From Myxococcales bacterium (lineage in GTDB: Bacteria > Myxococcota_A > Polyangia > Polyangiales > DASUME01): a stretch of DNA of 64,000 nt. Shown here piece by piece: positions 1 through 9,140 of this stretch (position 1 is its first letter; each line of letters begins with the position of its first letter). The translations under genes were made by a program, and so were the position numbers. The notes beneath the pieces were generated by a model. The model searched no databases. It was given only the letters and a program-made list of their open reading frames with translations, and was not told where the DNA came from. The stretch lies in assembly GCA_047601445.1 (NCBI GenBank), contig JASGJH010000001.1:6304001-6368000 (forward strand). The letters run 5' to 3'.

Positions 1-2
1 TG

Positions 3-122
3 CTGCCCAACGTGTCCCAAATGGCGCAGGCGGTGCTCTGGGGACGCGAGCAAATGGCCGAGGAGCTGCCCTTCGTGCAGAAGTTTTTCGAGCCGGTGAT
101 CTTCATGGGCGGGGCCGTCTAA
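3..122 (+). CDS. 3' end of a CDS truncated by the window edge (unknown product)
   Basis: Open frame LPNVSQMAQAVLWGREQMAEELPFVQKFFEPVIFMGGAV* with GC3-biased codons, ending TAA at 120-122. Confidence 0.6.
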   Translation: MPNVSQMAQAVLWGREQMAEELPFVQKFFEPVIFMGGAV

Positions 123-146
123 TGACGGTGCTATGGTCGGCCCCTC

Positions 147-953
147 GTGCGGATCGTCGGCCTCAGGTTCATGCGTGTGATCGCCGTGGCGCTCTTGGCC
201 TACCTGGCGCTGGCGGGGGCCAACGCGATGGGCTTGCCGTGGCTCGGCTATGGCGTGGCGGGCGCGCTGTTCGTGGGATACGGCCTGTTGACGGTCTTCG
301 AGAGCAAGAAGCGCTCGGCCTTTCTGCGCGAAGCGCGCTGGGAGCAGGCCATCTACGACGGCAAGGGCCGCGCGCGCGCCATCAGCGAGGTCAGCGCCGC
401 ACGCAAGAAGCTCGACCCGAGCCGCGCCAAGACACGCGCTGAGTTCGCACGCCTCTCGGTGTTGCTTGCCGAGCTCCTCGACGCCGAGGGCGACTGGGGA
501 GCGGCGCGCGAGACCATCGACGCGGTGCCCCTCGATGGCTTGTCGGCGCTCGAGGCCGGACTGGTGCGGCACACGCGCGCGGTGGTCCACCTGCGGGCCG
601 GCGATCCGGTGGCCGCCCTGGGCGCTCTCGAAAGCCGCAAAGACACCGGCGACGTCGAGCTCGATCAACGTCTGGAGCTGCTCGAAGCCTACGCCCAGGT
701 CGAAAACGGCGACGCCCGACCCGCCCTGCTGCGCGCCGAGGCCATCGCCCAGCGCGACAGCATCGACGACAGCGTGCGCACCGAGGCGCGCGTGGTGCGG
801 GCCGCGGCACTCGACGTTCTGCAGCGACGGGAGGAGGCCCTGGTGGTGTTGGCCGCGCTCGGTCGGGACTCGCTCGTGCCCCTCTCGCAGCTCGGTCAGC
901 CGCGCGTGCGCGCCCTCGCCAAGCAGATCCTCGAAGGACTCGAGGAGGAGTAG
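147..953 (+). CDS. Membrane-anchored hypothetical protein with TPR-like helical region
   Basis: Two N-terminal hydrophobic segments, then Ala/Leu/Arg-rich helical repeats; good codon bias. Confidence 0.7.
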   Translation: MRIVGLRFMRVIAVALLAYLALAGANAMGLPWLGYGVAGALFVGYGLLTVFESKKRSAFLREARWEQAIYDGKGRARAISEVSAARKKLDPSRAKTRAEFARLSVLLAELLDAEGDWGAARETIDAVPLDGLSALEAGLVRHTRAVVHLRAGDPVAALGALESRKDTGDVELDQRLELLEAYAQVENGDARPALLRAEAIAQRDSIDDSVRTEARVVRAAALDVLQRREEALVVLAALGRDSLVPLSQLGQPRVRALAKQILEGLEEE

Positions 954-972
954 CGGGCTCACCCGCGACCGA

Positions 973-3189
973 TCAGGCCGGGAGCTCTTCGGAGACCTCG
1001 GTGGAACGGTTCGCGGCGGGTGCCGCCGAGGCTCCCGTGTGCGCCTCATCGGCGGACTTGCGGGGGCCCGCCACTGGAATCTTGAAGCGGAACGTACTGC
1101 CACGTCCGATCTCGCTCTCGACCCAGATCTCTCCGTCGTGTAGCTCCACCAACGACTTCGAGATCGATAGCCCCAAACCGGTGCCTCCGTAACGCCGGGT
1201 GTCCCCCTGGTCCACTTGCTCGAAGCTGCGGAAGATCCGCTCGCGGTGCTCCGGGGCCACGCCGATGCCCTGGTCCCTCACGGCGAACACCACGTGATCG
1301 CCCTCTGGCTCCGCGCTCACGCTCACTCGTCCGCGTCCGTTCGAGAACTTGATCGCGTTGCCGATCAGGTTGATCAGCACCTGGCGCAGCCGCAGCGCAT
1401 CTGCCGTGATGAAACCCGGACCCAGATACTCGGACAACTCGAGCTTCACGCCAGTCTTCTCCGCCAGATTGACCAGCGGCTCCACCGCGTCCTCGAGCAG
1501 CCGACCCACCTCTACCTGGTCCAGCGCGAGCATGAACTTGCCCGCCTCCAGCTTGCTCACGTCGAGGATGGTGCTCACCATCTGCAGCAGGTGCTTGCCC
1601 GAGCGCTCGATGTGGCCGAGGTGCTTCACCAGCTGATCGGGTGCCCCCACGAAGTGGTGACGCCTTTGCACGTTGAGGCTGCCCTCCTGTCGGCACTCGG
1701 GACATGCCGTGGCCGCGCTCACCTGCTCAGCCTCCTCGAGCGCGAAGGCAGTCTGACAGCGCGCGCAGGTGGCGATCTCGATCAGCGGGACGTCTTCGAT
1801 CAGCGCCAGCGGGATGTTGATGATGGCGTTGAGCGGCGTCCGCAGCTCATGGGACACGGTGGCCAGGAAATCGCCCTTGGCGCGCGTGGCCTCCTCGGCG
1901 CGGACCAAGGCCTCCTCCAGGCGCTGCACGTTGGCGCTCAAGCGGGCGTTCAGGGCCGCGAGATCGGCGCGCATCTCGTTGATGCGATCGGCCAGCGCCA
2001 GCGAGAGCAAGATCACCTCCAGCGACGCCCCCACCTGGATGCCCCAGGTCGTCACGAAGTGTGTGGGCAAGAGGCCGAGCGTCTTGGCGAAGTAGAGCAG
2101 CACGCCCAGAATCAGAGCGCTCCAGGCGAGCAAGTAGAGCTTGGCTCCGCGATGCCCTCCGCGCGCCATGCGATAGGTGAGGATCGGCGCGAGCATGGTC
2201 AACACGGCGCCCGTCACCACCAGCACGCGGATCGACCAGGCGTAGGGGCCCACCAGGCCGAACAGGGCGAGCAAGCCCGAGCCCCAGGCCGCCACCTTCA
2301 CGAAGCGCGACCAGCCCGGCATGGACTCGGGGATGTTCAGGTAGTTGGCTTGGAACAGCGCGGTCCAGGTGAACGAGAGCCCGATGGAGAAGGGCAGCAC
2401 GTGATTGGCGAGCCAGATTTGGTTGCCGAGCAGGTGCTGGAAGGTGTGGCCGTTGAGCGTGGCCTGAAAGATCAGCAGCGAGACGATGTAGAGCGCATAG
2501 AACAGATACTCGCGCTGCCGCACGAAGAAGAAGATGAAGGCGTTGTAGACGGCCATCACGAGCATCAGCCCGTAGAACATGAAAATGACCGAGAGCTCGC
2601 GATCCTGGTGCTCGAGGAAGGCCAGCGTGGACCATGCGACCAGCGGCAGATTCAAGGAGCCCGAGGTGCGCACCCGCAGGTAGTACGTGCGGTCCGCGTG
2701 GGCCGGCTCGCTGAGCGAGAAGACGAAGTTGCGGGTGTCGAGGTCGCGCTGCGAGAACGGCACGTGGTCGCCGGTGACCTTGCGCTGCCACTCGCCGTTG
2801 CCCAAGGGCACGAACAGCGTGACCTGGTCGAGATGCGGGTAGGCGAGCTCGAGCAGCCACGGCCGCTCGCTCTCGCCGCGGTTGACCACGCGCAAGCGCA
2901 CCCAGTACGCCGAGTTGGTGAAGCCGAAGCCGGGGGCAGTGTGGGGGGTCGTCTCGAAGCGCGGGTGCTTGGTCAGGAGCTGCTCGAGGCTCAGCGTGCC
3001 CGAGCTGTCTTCGTAGAGGCCCAGGCGCTCGCCGAGGGCCACGCCGTCGAGGGAGCGCGCCACATCGAGCTCGCTCGGCGGGGAGCTCGTGGAATCGAGC
3101 GGCGTCTGCGCGCGCACCCCCGAGCACAACGCGAGGCCCAGGCAGACCAGGCAAAGCACGTGGCGAAGAGCCAGGCGGGAAATCGCCAT
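973..3189 (-). CDS. 7TM-DISM sensor histidine kinase (DISMED2 + 7TM + HisKA + HATPase) with Cys4 insertion
   Basis: Signal peptide; GFTNSAYWVRL and YYLRVRTSGSLNLP (DISMED2-like); 7 TM segments; H-box SHELRTPLNAI; N-box NLIGNAIKF; DQGIG and GTGLGL G boxes. Confidence 0.92.
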   Translation of the reverse strand: MAISRLALRHVLCLVCLGLALCSGVRAQTPLDSTSSPPSELDVARSLDGVALGERLGLYEDSSGTLSLEQLLTKHPRFETTPHTAPGFGFTNSAYWVRLRVVNRGESERPWLLELAYPHLDQVTLFVPLGNGEWQRKVTGDHVPFSQRDLDTRNFVFSLSEPAHADRTYYLRVRTSGSLNLPLVAWSTLAFLEHQDRELSVIFMFYGLMLVMAVYNAFIFFFVRQREYLFYALYIVSLLIFQATLNGHTFQHLLGNQIWLANHVLPFSIGLSFTWTALFQANYLNIPESMPGWSRFVKVAAWGSGLLALFGLVGPYAWSIRVLVVTGAVLTMLAPILTYRMARGGHRGAKLYLLAWSALILGVLLYFAKTLGLLPTHFVTTWGIQVGASLEVILLSLALADRINEMRADLAALNARLSANVQRLEEALVRAEEATRAKGDFLATVSHELRTPLNAIINIPLALIEDVPLIEIATCARCQTAFALEEAEQVSAATACPECRQEGSLNVQRRHHFVGAPDQLVKHLGHIERSGKHLLQMVSTILDVSKLEAGKFMLALDQVEVGRLLEDAVEPLVNLAEKTGVKLELSEYLGPGFITADALRLRQVLINLIGNAIKFSNGRGRVSVSAEPEGDHVVFAVRDQGIGVAPEHRERIFRSFEQVDQGDTRRYGGTGLGLSISKSLVELHDGEIWVESEIGRGSTFRFKIPVAGPRKSADEAHTGASAAPAANRSTEVSEELPA

Positions 3190-3194
3190 TACGC

Positions 3195-3683
3195 TCAGGT
3201 GCGGCGCTGTTGCATGCGGGCCAGGTGGAGCTGCGTGAGGGCCAGGCTCAGCGCCGCGAAGTCCACGGGCTTCGGGATCACGCGGTCACCGCCCGCGCGC
3301 GTCAGCATGGTGTCGGAGTACTTGGACACGTGGGCCGTCACGAAAATGATCGGCGTGGATGTCAGCACCGGTGCGCGCTTGGCGTACTCCGGAAGGCGCT
3401 CCTTGGGGCGCTTACCGCGCAGGATCTCGGTCAGCTCGACGCCGTTGAAGTCGGAGCCCGAGAGCGCAATGTCCATCAATATGGCCGAAAGGTCGGCCTT
3501 CCGCGCCGTGATCAGGTCGCAGGCCTCCTCGGCGGTGCGCGCGCGCAGGAGGTCGTAGGCGTGGCTCAAGCGCAGGTTGGCGATTTGCCAGTTGTCGTCG
3601 TCGTCTTCCACATAGAGCACGGTCTCCAGCTTCTGCCCGATCGGACGGAGACCCGACACCGACACCGAACTGAGCTTCTTCAT
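3195..3683 (-). CDS. Single-domain response regulator (receiver)
   Basis: VLYVEDD, ILMD (phospho-Asp), PIIFVTA, IPKP; 5 bp upstream of the kinase. Confidence 0.88.
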   Translation of the reverse strand: MKKLSSVSVSGLRPIGQKLETVLYVEDDDDNWQIANLRLSHAYDLLRARTAEEACDLITARKADLSAILMDIALSGSDFNGVELTEILRGKRPKERLPEYAKRAPVLTSTPIIFVTAHVSKYSDTMLTRAGGDRVIPKPVDFAALSLALTQLHLARMQQRRT

Positions 3684-3829
3684 CGACCGCGATCCCTCGG
3701 CTGCGCCTGCAAAAGCACCCTGCGACTCGAAGGTCGCGTGACACGAACGTCTGATGCTAACACCGGCGCCACAGCCGTTGTCATCGGGTTCTCTTCTGGG
3801 TCACCCACTCTGTCAGGCCCATGCAGCGC

Positions 3830-4400
3830 TCACTTGAGCGCGCGCTGCTTGGCATACATGTCAGCATTCCGCTTGATCAGATCGAGCTCTGCAAAGGAAC
3901 GAGTGCTCTCACGTCGCAGCGCTTCCGAGTTCCACACCAGCCCGTAGGTGCCGTCGTCGGCTCGGTACAGGTCGACCTTCTCGCCACGCAGCGTCTCGAC
4001 CTGCGCTAGGCGGTCCTTCTCTTGGACCTTGCGCGGCGGGGACAACCGAGCGGCGAGGGCATCCATGCAGGCTTCGGGGCAGCGCAGGGCGAACAGGGCC
4101 TCCCCCGACTCCGCCTGCAGCGCGTCTCCCAGGCTCGCCAGGGCCTCGGCCTGAGCCTCCTTGGGATAGCCCGTCTGGATCACGTCCGCGGCTCGCTTCC
4201 TGGCCTTCACCATGCCGTGCAGCGCACTTCGCGCCCGCTCGTCCAGGCTTTGGAAGAGGGCCTGACTGTCGCGGTTCGAGGCGGCGGCTTCGGAGCGCGC
4301 GATGGCGCCCTCGACCTGGTGGGCGTCCGGTTCGCAGCCGGTGCTAAACAACAGTGCAGTAAGGAATACGAGAGAGCTCGCACTCTGGCGCGCCTTGCGT
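3830..4400 (-). CDS. Hypothetical lipoprotein (start uncertain, ~4400)
   Basis: LVFLTALLFSTGC lipobox followed by a helical domain; the ORF extension to 4744 overlaps the PP2C gene and is unlikely. Confidence 0.6.
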
Positions 4401-4544
4401 ATAGACTCTGAAGGATGGGCTGATCGGGGGATGGAACCCTTGACAGCTCTTGGGAACCTGAGAACCTTGGTCGAGCCGAAATCAAAAGCGCGCGGCTCCG
4501 CGCGCGAGCGAAACTTGGAAAGTTCGAGCCCGGAACGGGAGTCC

Positions 4545-5312
4545 ATGCACATCGTCGCGGCAGGCCTATCAGATGTTGGGCTCCAGCGGGAGCACAACGA
4601 GGACAGTTTTTGCATCCTGCCGGAGTTCGACCTTTTCGTCGTCGCCGATGGGATGGGCGGACACAAGGCGGGGGACGTCGCGAGCCGAATGGCTACGCAC
4701 ACGGTCGCTTCGTTCTTTCGGGCCACCCAGAGTGAAGACGCCACCTGGCCGTTCCACTTCGACCCTCACCTGTCGATGGCAGAGAACCGCCTGGTCACTG
4801 GCATCAAGCTGGCCAACAAGCAGATCTTCGAAGCCTCCTTGAGCAACCACGCCGTGCACGGCATGGGCACCACAGTGGTCGGGGCCCTGTTCTCCAAGGA
4901 GCGCAAGGCCATGTACGTGGCCCACGTGGGCGACAGCCGCTGCTACCTCATTCGCGACGGCAAAATCAGCCAGCTCACGCGTGATCACTCGCTGCTCAAC
5001 GACTACCTCCTGGTGATGCCCGATATGTCTGCCGAGCAGCAGGCCGAGCTTCCCAAGAACGTCATCACGCGCGCCCTGGGTATGCAGGACTCGGTCACGG
5101 TCGACCTGGTTCCCGCGCAGCCCAAGGTGGGCGACCGCTTCCTGCTCTGCTCCGACGGTCTCAGCGGCATGGTCACCGACGAGGAGATCTGCGAGATCGT
5201 CACCAAGGCGGGCAACGACCTCGACCTGGCCACCAAGCGCCTCATCGAGTGCGCCAACGACCACGGCGGCGAAGACAACTGTACCGTCGTGATCGTCGGC
5301 ATCGCCAGCTGA
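4545..5312 (+). CDS. PP2C-family Ser/Thr protein phosphatase (Stp1/PrpC-like)
   Basis: SDVGLQREHNED, VVADGMGGH, GMGTT, HVGDSRCY, LLCSDGL, GGEDN motifs; GGGAG RBS before ATG 4545. Confidence 0.95.
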   Translation: MHIVAAGLSDVGLQREHNEDSFCILPEFDLFVVADGMGGHKAGDVASRMATHTVASFFRATQSEDATWPFHFDPHLSMAENRLVTGIKLANKQIFEASLSNHAVHGMGTTVVGALFSKERKAMYVAHVGDSRCYLIRDGKISQLTRDHSLLNDYLLVMPDMSAEQQAELPKNVITRALGMQDSVTVDLVPAQPKVGDRFLLCSDGLSGMVTDEEICEIVTKAGNDLDLATKRLIECANDHGGEDNCTVVIVGIAS

Positions 5313-5367
5313 GCGATCACTGCAAAGCGCTGTGAGGCGAGCGTCAGGGCTGCTAAGCCTTGGCGTC

Positions 5368-5877
5368 ATGCACACGCGTATCGAGAACGTGCTCCAGGTG
5401 ACGCCCGAGGTGTTCTGGAAACACCTGTTCTTCGACGCGGACTTCAACCGCGACCTCTATCGAGAGCTCGGCTTCGAGGCCTACGAGGTGCAGGCGCTCG
5501 AGACGCTGCCTGACGGACGGGTGCGCCGGGTGTTGCGCGCGGAGCCACCGCTCAACGCACCGTCCATGATCAAGAGCCGGCTCAAAGGACGGGTCTTCTA
5601 CACCGAGGAAGGCATCTACGATCCGGTCCGCGGCGTGTGGGAGTTCGCCAACGAGTCGAGCGTGGCGAGCGACTCGACACGTGTCTCCGGCAGCATCCGC
5701 GCCGAGCCGCATCCCGAGGGCATGCTGCACGTGGTGGAGCTCGACATCGAGGTCAAGGCCTTTGGCTTGGGTGCCGTGGTAGAGCGGGTCATCGAGAAGA
5801 ATACGCGCGACAGCTACCGGGTCAGCACCGAGTTCGTCAATCGCTACGCCCGCGAGCGCGGCCTTTCGTCGCAGTAG
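5368..5877 (+). CDS. DUF2505/SRPBCC-like domain protein
   Basis: About 170 aa with START-like alternating beta pattern and C-terminal helix (GLGAVVERVIEK). Confidence 0.65.
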   Translation: MHTRIENVLQVTPEVFWKHLFFDADFNRDLYRELGFEAYEVQALETLPDGRVRRVLRAEPPLNAPSMIKSRLKGRVFYTEEGIYDPVRGVWEFANESSVASDSTRVSGSIRAEPHPEGMLHVVELDIEVKAFGLGAVVERVIEKNTRDSYRVSTEFVNRYARERGLSSQ

Positions 5878-5885
5878 TCGAGCCA

Positions 5886-5904
5886 AATGCAACCGAGTTG
5901 CATT
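5886..5904. promoter_or_regulatory. Perfect palindrome AATGCAAC-CGA-GTTGCATT, candidate Zur/Fur-family operator
   Basis: 8-3-8 inverted repeat ~75 bp upstream of the lipoprotein start, just upstream of a -10-like CATTAT. Confidence 0.6.
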
Positions 5905-5978
5905 AGATTCGGGGTGGCATTATGGTCGGGTCCCACGGTCGGACGGGCTCGGTCGTGCTGGAAAGGCAGGCTTGCGAG

Positions 5979-6887
5979 ATGAAGCGCGCGTGGGCATCGA
6001 CGAGCATGCTGACAGTGTTGGCCGGCGCTGCCACGGTGGCTTCGAGCAACCTCGGCTGCGGTGAGGACGGAAACGGCGAGAGCGACTTGAGCGTGCTTCT
6101 GGTGGCGGAGGAGACGATCACGAACGGCGTCGCGGTCGGATCGGCCGAGGAAGACAGCCAGGACTACGCCGTCACCTTCACCAAGTACCTGGTGAGCCTC
6201 GGACAAGTGCGGATGGCCGAGGCGAACGGCAAGCATCCGCGCCATGACGACACGGTCTATATCGCCGACATGCAGCGCGTGGGCGAAGAGGGCGTGGAGA
6301 TTGCCACCTTCCGCGATCTCGAAGCGGGCCAGTGGCCGGAGTTCGGCTTCGCCACGACGGTGCCCACCGCGGACGCGGTGGCGCTCGGCGGCGTCACGCC
6401 CGAGGACAGGGTACAGATGGTCGAGCACGGCTGGACCTACTGGATCGAGGGCCAAGTGGAGCGTCCAGTCGAGCAGGGCGGACCCGTGAGCTTCGTGCTG
6501 CAGGTGCCCGTGCACAGCGAGTACTACGACTGCGCGTCCGACGCCGAGCCCGGCGTGACCGTGATGAACGGCCCATCGAGCGCCACCATTACGCTCCACG
6601 GCGACCACATCTTCTTCAACGCCTTTCCGAGCGGCACCGAAGGCCTCATCAAGCGCCGTGCCGGCTGGATCATCGAAGCAGACCAGGACGGCGACGGGCA
6701 CGTGACCAGCGAAGACCTTGCCAAGATCGACGCCAGCGTTCTCTTCACCAGCGCCAACGGCTACAGTCTCAACCTCCCGTTCGACGGCTTCCCCCTCAAC
6801 ACTGCGCTCGACTTCGTGCGCGCGCAGCTTGCGACGCAGGGGCACCTCAATGGGGAGGGGGGGTGTAGTCAGAGGTTTTCGCCGTAA
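5979..6887 (+). CDS. Lipoprotein with EF-hand-like motif; possibly metal-uptake associated
   Basis: Signal peptide ending NLGC; HGDHIFF motif; DQDGDGHVTSEDL EF-hand-like loop. Confidence 0.7.
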   Translation: MKRAWASTSMLTVLAGAATVASSNLGCGEDGNGESDLSVLLVAEETITNGVAVGSAEEDSQDYAVTFTKYLVSLGQVRMAEANGKHPRHDDTVYIADMQRVGEEGVEIATFRDLEAGQWPEFGFATTVPTADAVALGGVTPEDRVQMVEHGWTYWIEGQVERPVEQGGPVSFVLQVPVHSEYYDCASDAEPGVTVMNGPSSATITLHGDHIFFNAFPSGTEGLIKRRAGWIIEADQDGDGHVTSEDLAKIDASVLFTSANGYSLNLPFDGFPLNTALDFVRAQLATQGHLNGEGGCSQRFSP

Positions 6888-6912
6888 AACCCGCCCAATC
6901 CGGCCCCATCCG

Positions 6913-7060
6913 GCCATCAGCGAGCTGCCATCAGCGAGCTGCCATCAGCCATCTGCCATCGGCCATCCGCCATCAGCGAGCTGCCATCGGCCATCAGCCA
7001 TCCGCCATCGGCCATCAGCGAGCTGCCATCGGCCATCGGCCATCTGCGCGCAGCCATCTG
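6913..7060 (+). repeat. Heptamer tandem array (GCCATCN with interspersed GCGAGCT)
   Basis: Roughly 20 7-nt units, read directly. Confidence 0.9.
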
Positions 7061-7210
7061 CGCGCACGCCACATCTCCGCTGCGAGTATCAGGGCTTCCT
7101 ATCGAGACACGGAGACACGATTTCTCGCGTGAGCCTACCCCAGAGGGAAACCGCGAACAGCTGATGAGAGATTGAGCGCACGACGGACACGCGTGGGGCC
7201 GACGGCCGTT

Positions 7211-7282
7211 AGCGGATGGCCGACCGCAGATAGCCGATGGCGGATGGCGGATGGCGGATGGCAGATGGCCGATGGCAGATGG
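7211..7282 (-). repeat. Heptamer tandem array, inverted orientation (GATGGCN on + strand)
   Basis: Roughly 10 units, reverse complement of the 6913-7060 array. Confidence 0.9.
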
Positions 7283-7311
7283 CAGATGGCAGATGGCCGA
7301 TCGAAACGTGC

Positions 7312-8058
7312 TCAGCGCATCCCACCACTAGCGATGAGGATCTCCCCGGTGAGCCACGCAGAGTCTTGCGCCGCCAAGAAGACGGCGATCGGAGCGATGT
7401 CGCTGACTCGGCCGGAGCGTCCGAAGGGGACCGTGGTGATGACGTTTTTCTCGAACTCCGAGCCGATGAAGCCTGCTGCGTGGGTTCCTTCGGTCTCCAC
7501 GATGCCGGGGTTGATGGAGTTGACGCGGATCTTTCTCGGGCCGAGCTCCCGTGAGAGGACGCCGGTGATGGCGTCGACGGCGCCCTTGGTGGCGGTGTAG
7601 ACCGCAGAGTTGACCGGCGTGATGCGGGTGACTGCGGAGCTGATGTTGATGATGCTGCCGCCTTCGCCCAGATGTTTCACGGCGGCCTGGGTGGTGTGCA
7701 GTAGGCCGAGCACGTTGACGTTAAAGATCCTGTGAAAATGGTCGTCGCTGATCGCTTCGATGGGGGCGAACTCGTAGATGCCCGAGTTGTTTACGAGGAT
7801 GTCGAGTGTGCCGTAGGTTTCGATGGCCGCGTCGATGAGCGCCTGCGCTTCCTCTTGCTTGGAGACGTCGGCGCGCACCGCCAGCGCGCGACCACCGTTT
7901 TGCGTGATGGCTTTGACCACCGCCTCGGCCCCCTCGGGGCTCGACGCGTAGTTCACCACCACGCTCGCACCCTCCGCGGCCAGGGCGAGCGCAATGCCGG
8001 CGCCAATGCCCTTGGATGCACCCGTAACGATTGCAACTTTGTTGGTAAGTTTGCCCAT
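7312..8058 (-). CDS. SDR-family oxidoreductase (glucose 1-dehydrogenase/FabG-like)
   Basis: TGASKGIG, VNNSG, YTATK catalytic motif, IRVNSINPG; GGAG RBS. Confidence 0.93.
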   Translation of the reverse strand: MGKLTNKVAIVTGASKGIGAGIALALAAEGASVVVNYASSPEGAEAVVKAITQNGGRALAVRADVSKQEEAQALIDAAIETYGTLDILVNNSGIYEFAPIEAISDDHFHRIFNVNVLGLLHTTQAAVKHLGEGGSIINISSAVTRITPVNSAVYTATKGAVDAITGVLSRELGPRKIRVNSINPGIVETEGTHAAGFIGSEFEKNVITTVPFGRSGRVSDIAPIAVFLAAQDSAWLTGEILIASGGMR

Positions 8059-8122
8059 GACCTTGCTCCCCTGAACGGCCGCCCGGAAGCCCTCTTCCCG
8101 GCGCATGGGCAGTTGGTCGTCG

Positions 8123-8150
8123 TTAATGTGATTTTGTTAGTCACAATTAA
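8123..8150. promoter_or_regulatory. AT-rich inverted repeat TGTGA-N9-TCACA, candidate Rrf2 operator
   Basis: TTAATGTGATTTTGTTAGTCACAATTAA upstream of the SDR gene. Confidence 0.55.
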
Positions 8151-8184
8151 AGAAAAAGAGGAGCCGTGGAGCCGTCGGTGTTCC

Positions 8185-8613
8185 TTAGCGACTCCGCCGC
8201 CGAATATCGGCGATCATGTCGGCCAGGGTGATGCCTGACAGGGTGCGCTCGAAGCTCTGTTGGGCCTTGTCGAGCACACCGGACATGCAGCCTTTGATGG
8301 AGGAGCTGATGGCGCAGCTCTTCATCACAGGATAGTCGTGCAATGCGAAGGCGGGCGGCGGCTGGCTCGCGCGGTAGATGTCCAGCATGGTGATCTGCTT
8401 GGGCGAACGCACGAGCGTGCTCGCACCGCCCTTGCCCCGACTGGTCTCGATGAGGCCGGCCTTGGCGAGCTTGGAGAGCGACTTGCGGACGAAGCTAGGG
8501 TTGGCGTTTACGCTCTGGGCGAGCTCCGCCGAGGACACGGGCTCTCCATGATGGAAGCCGAGTGCGGCCATGATGTGCGCCGCCACGGCGAACTGCACGT
8601 TCGTGCCGGACAT
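8185..8613 (-). CDS. Rrf2-family transcriptional regulator
   Basis: FAVAAHIM, SSAELAQSVNANPSFVRK, LAKAGLIETSRGKGG, ITMLDIYRA. Confidence 0.92.
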   Translation of the reverse strand: MSGTNVQFAVAAHIMAALGFHHGEPVSSAELAQSVNANPSFVRKSLSKLAKAGLIETSRGKGGASTLVRSPKQITMLDIYRASQPPPAFALHDYPVMKSCAISSSIKGCMSGVLDKAQQSFERTLSGITLADMIADIRRRSR

Positions 8614-8692
8614 AAAATGCGTTTATCAATGTAACAAAATAAGGGATGAACGGCCAATCGGCCAGCCGCTGGCTGCTTGCGCCCTGCCCGCC

Positions 8693-8717
8693 GGCGGATG
8701 GCGGATGGCGGATGGCT
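8693..8717 (-). repeat. Short GATGGCN heptamer array
   Basis: GGCG-GATGGCG-GATGGCG-GATGGCT between nirD and rrf2. Confidence 0.7.
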
Positions 8718-8747
8718 GAAGAGCTGGTGGCGGCCACCATCAGCCCT

Positions 8748-9140
8748 TCAGTTCACGAGCGCGATTTCGACCTTCGGCAACCGCTTCTGAGCGGCCTTGC
8801 GGATCTCGATGCCGTTGGCCACGACGCGGAGGTCGTAGGCCGGGACGCTGACGGTGTCGTCGTCGAGGCATTCGCCGGTCTTGAGGCAGAAGTTCTGCTT
8901 GAAGATCGGGGATGCCACCTTGATGCGCCCGTTGCGATCTCCAACGAGGCCCCGGGAGAGCACGTTGGCGCGGCTGAAGGGGTCGAAGTTTCCGATCGCG
9001 AAGCAGGTCTCGCCCCCGCCCACGCGGAACACCGCGACCTGCTCGCCCGCGAGCAACACACAGACGCCCGTGTTGGGCAGGATGTCGGTAAGCGCACAGA
9101 CGCGCGTCCACTCTTGTTCGGTTTCTTTGACTTGCATCAT
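8748..9140 (-). CDS. nirD: Nitrite reductase (NADH) small subunit
   Basis: NFDPFSRANVLSRGLVGD, VASPIFKQNFCLKTGECLDD; ATGA overlap with nirB stop. Confidence 0.95.
   Translation of the reverse strand: MMQVKETEQEWTRVCALTDILPNTGVCVLLAGEQVAVFRVGGGETCFAIGNFDPFSRANVLSRGLVGDRNGRIKVASPIFKQNFCLKTGECLDDDTVSVPAYDLRVVANGIEIRKAAQKRLPKVEIALVN

Noticed and set aside
1216..3558. Long antisense ORFs (also 10017-11600, 17608-19368, 37602-39395, 47533-49152, 53838-55379)
   Set aside because: Shadow ORFs opposite well-supported genes, as expected from high GC3 codon bias; no recognisable motifs
4302..4744. Overlapping N-terminal extensions of the PP2C and lipoprotein ORFs
   Set aside because: PP2C homology starts at ATG 4545 with an RBS; the extensions cross a divergent promoter region
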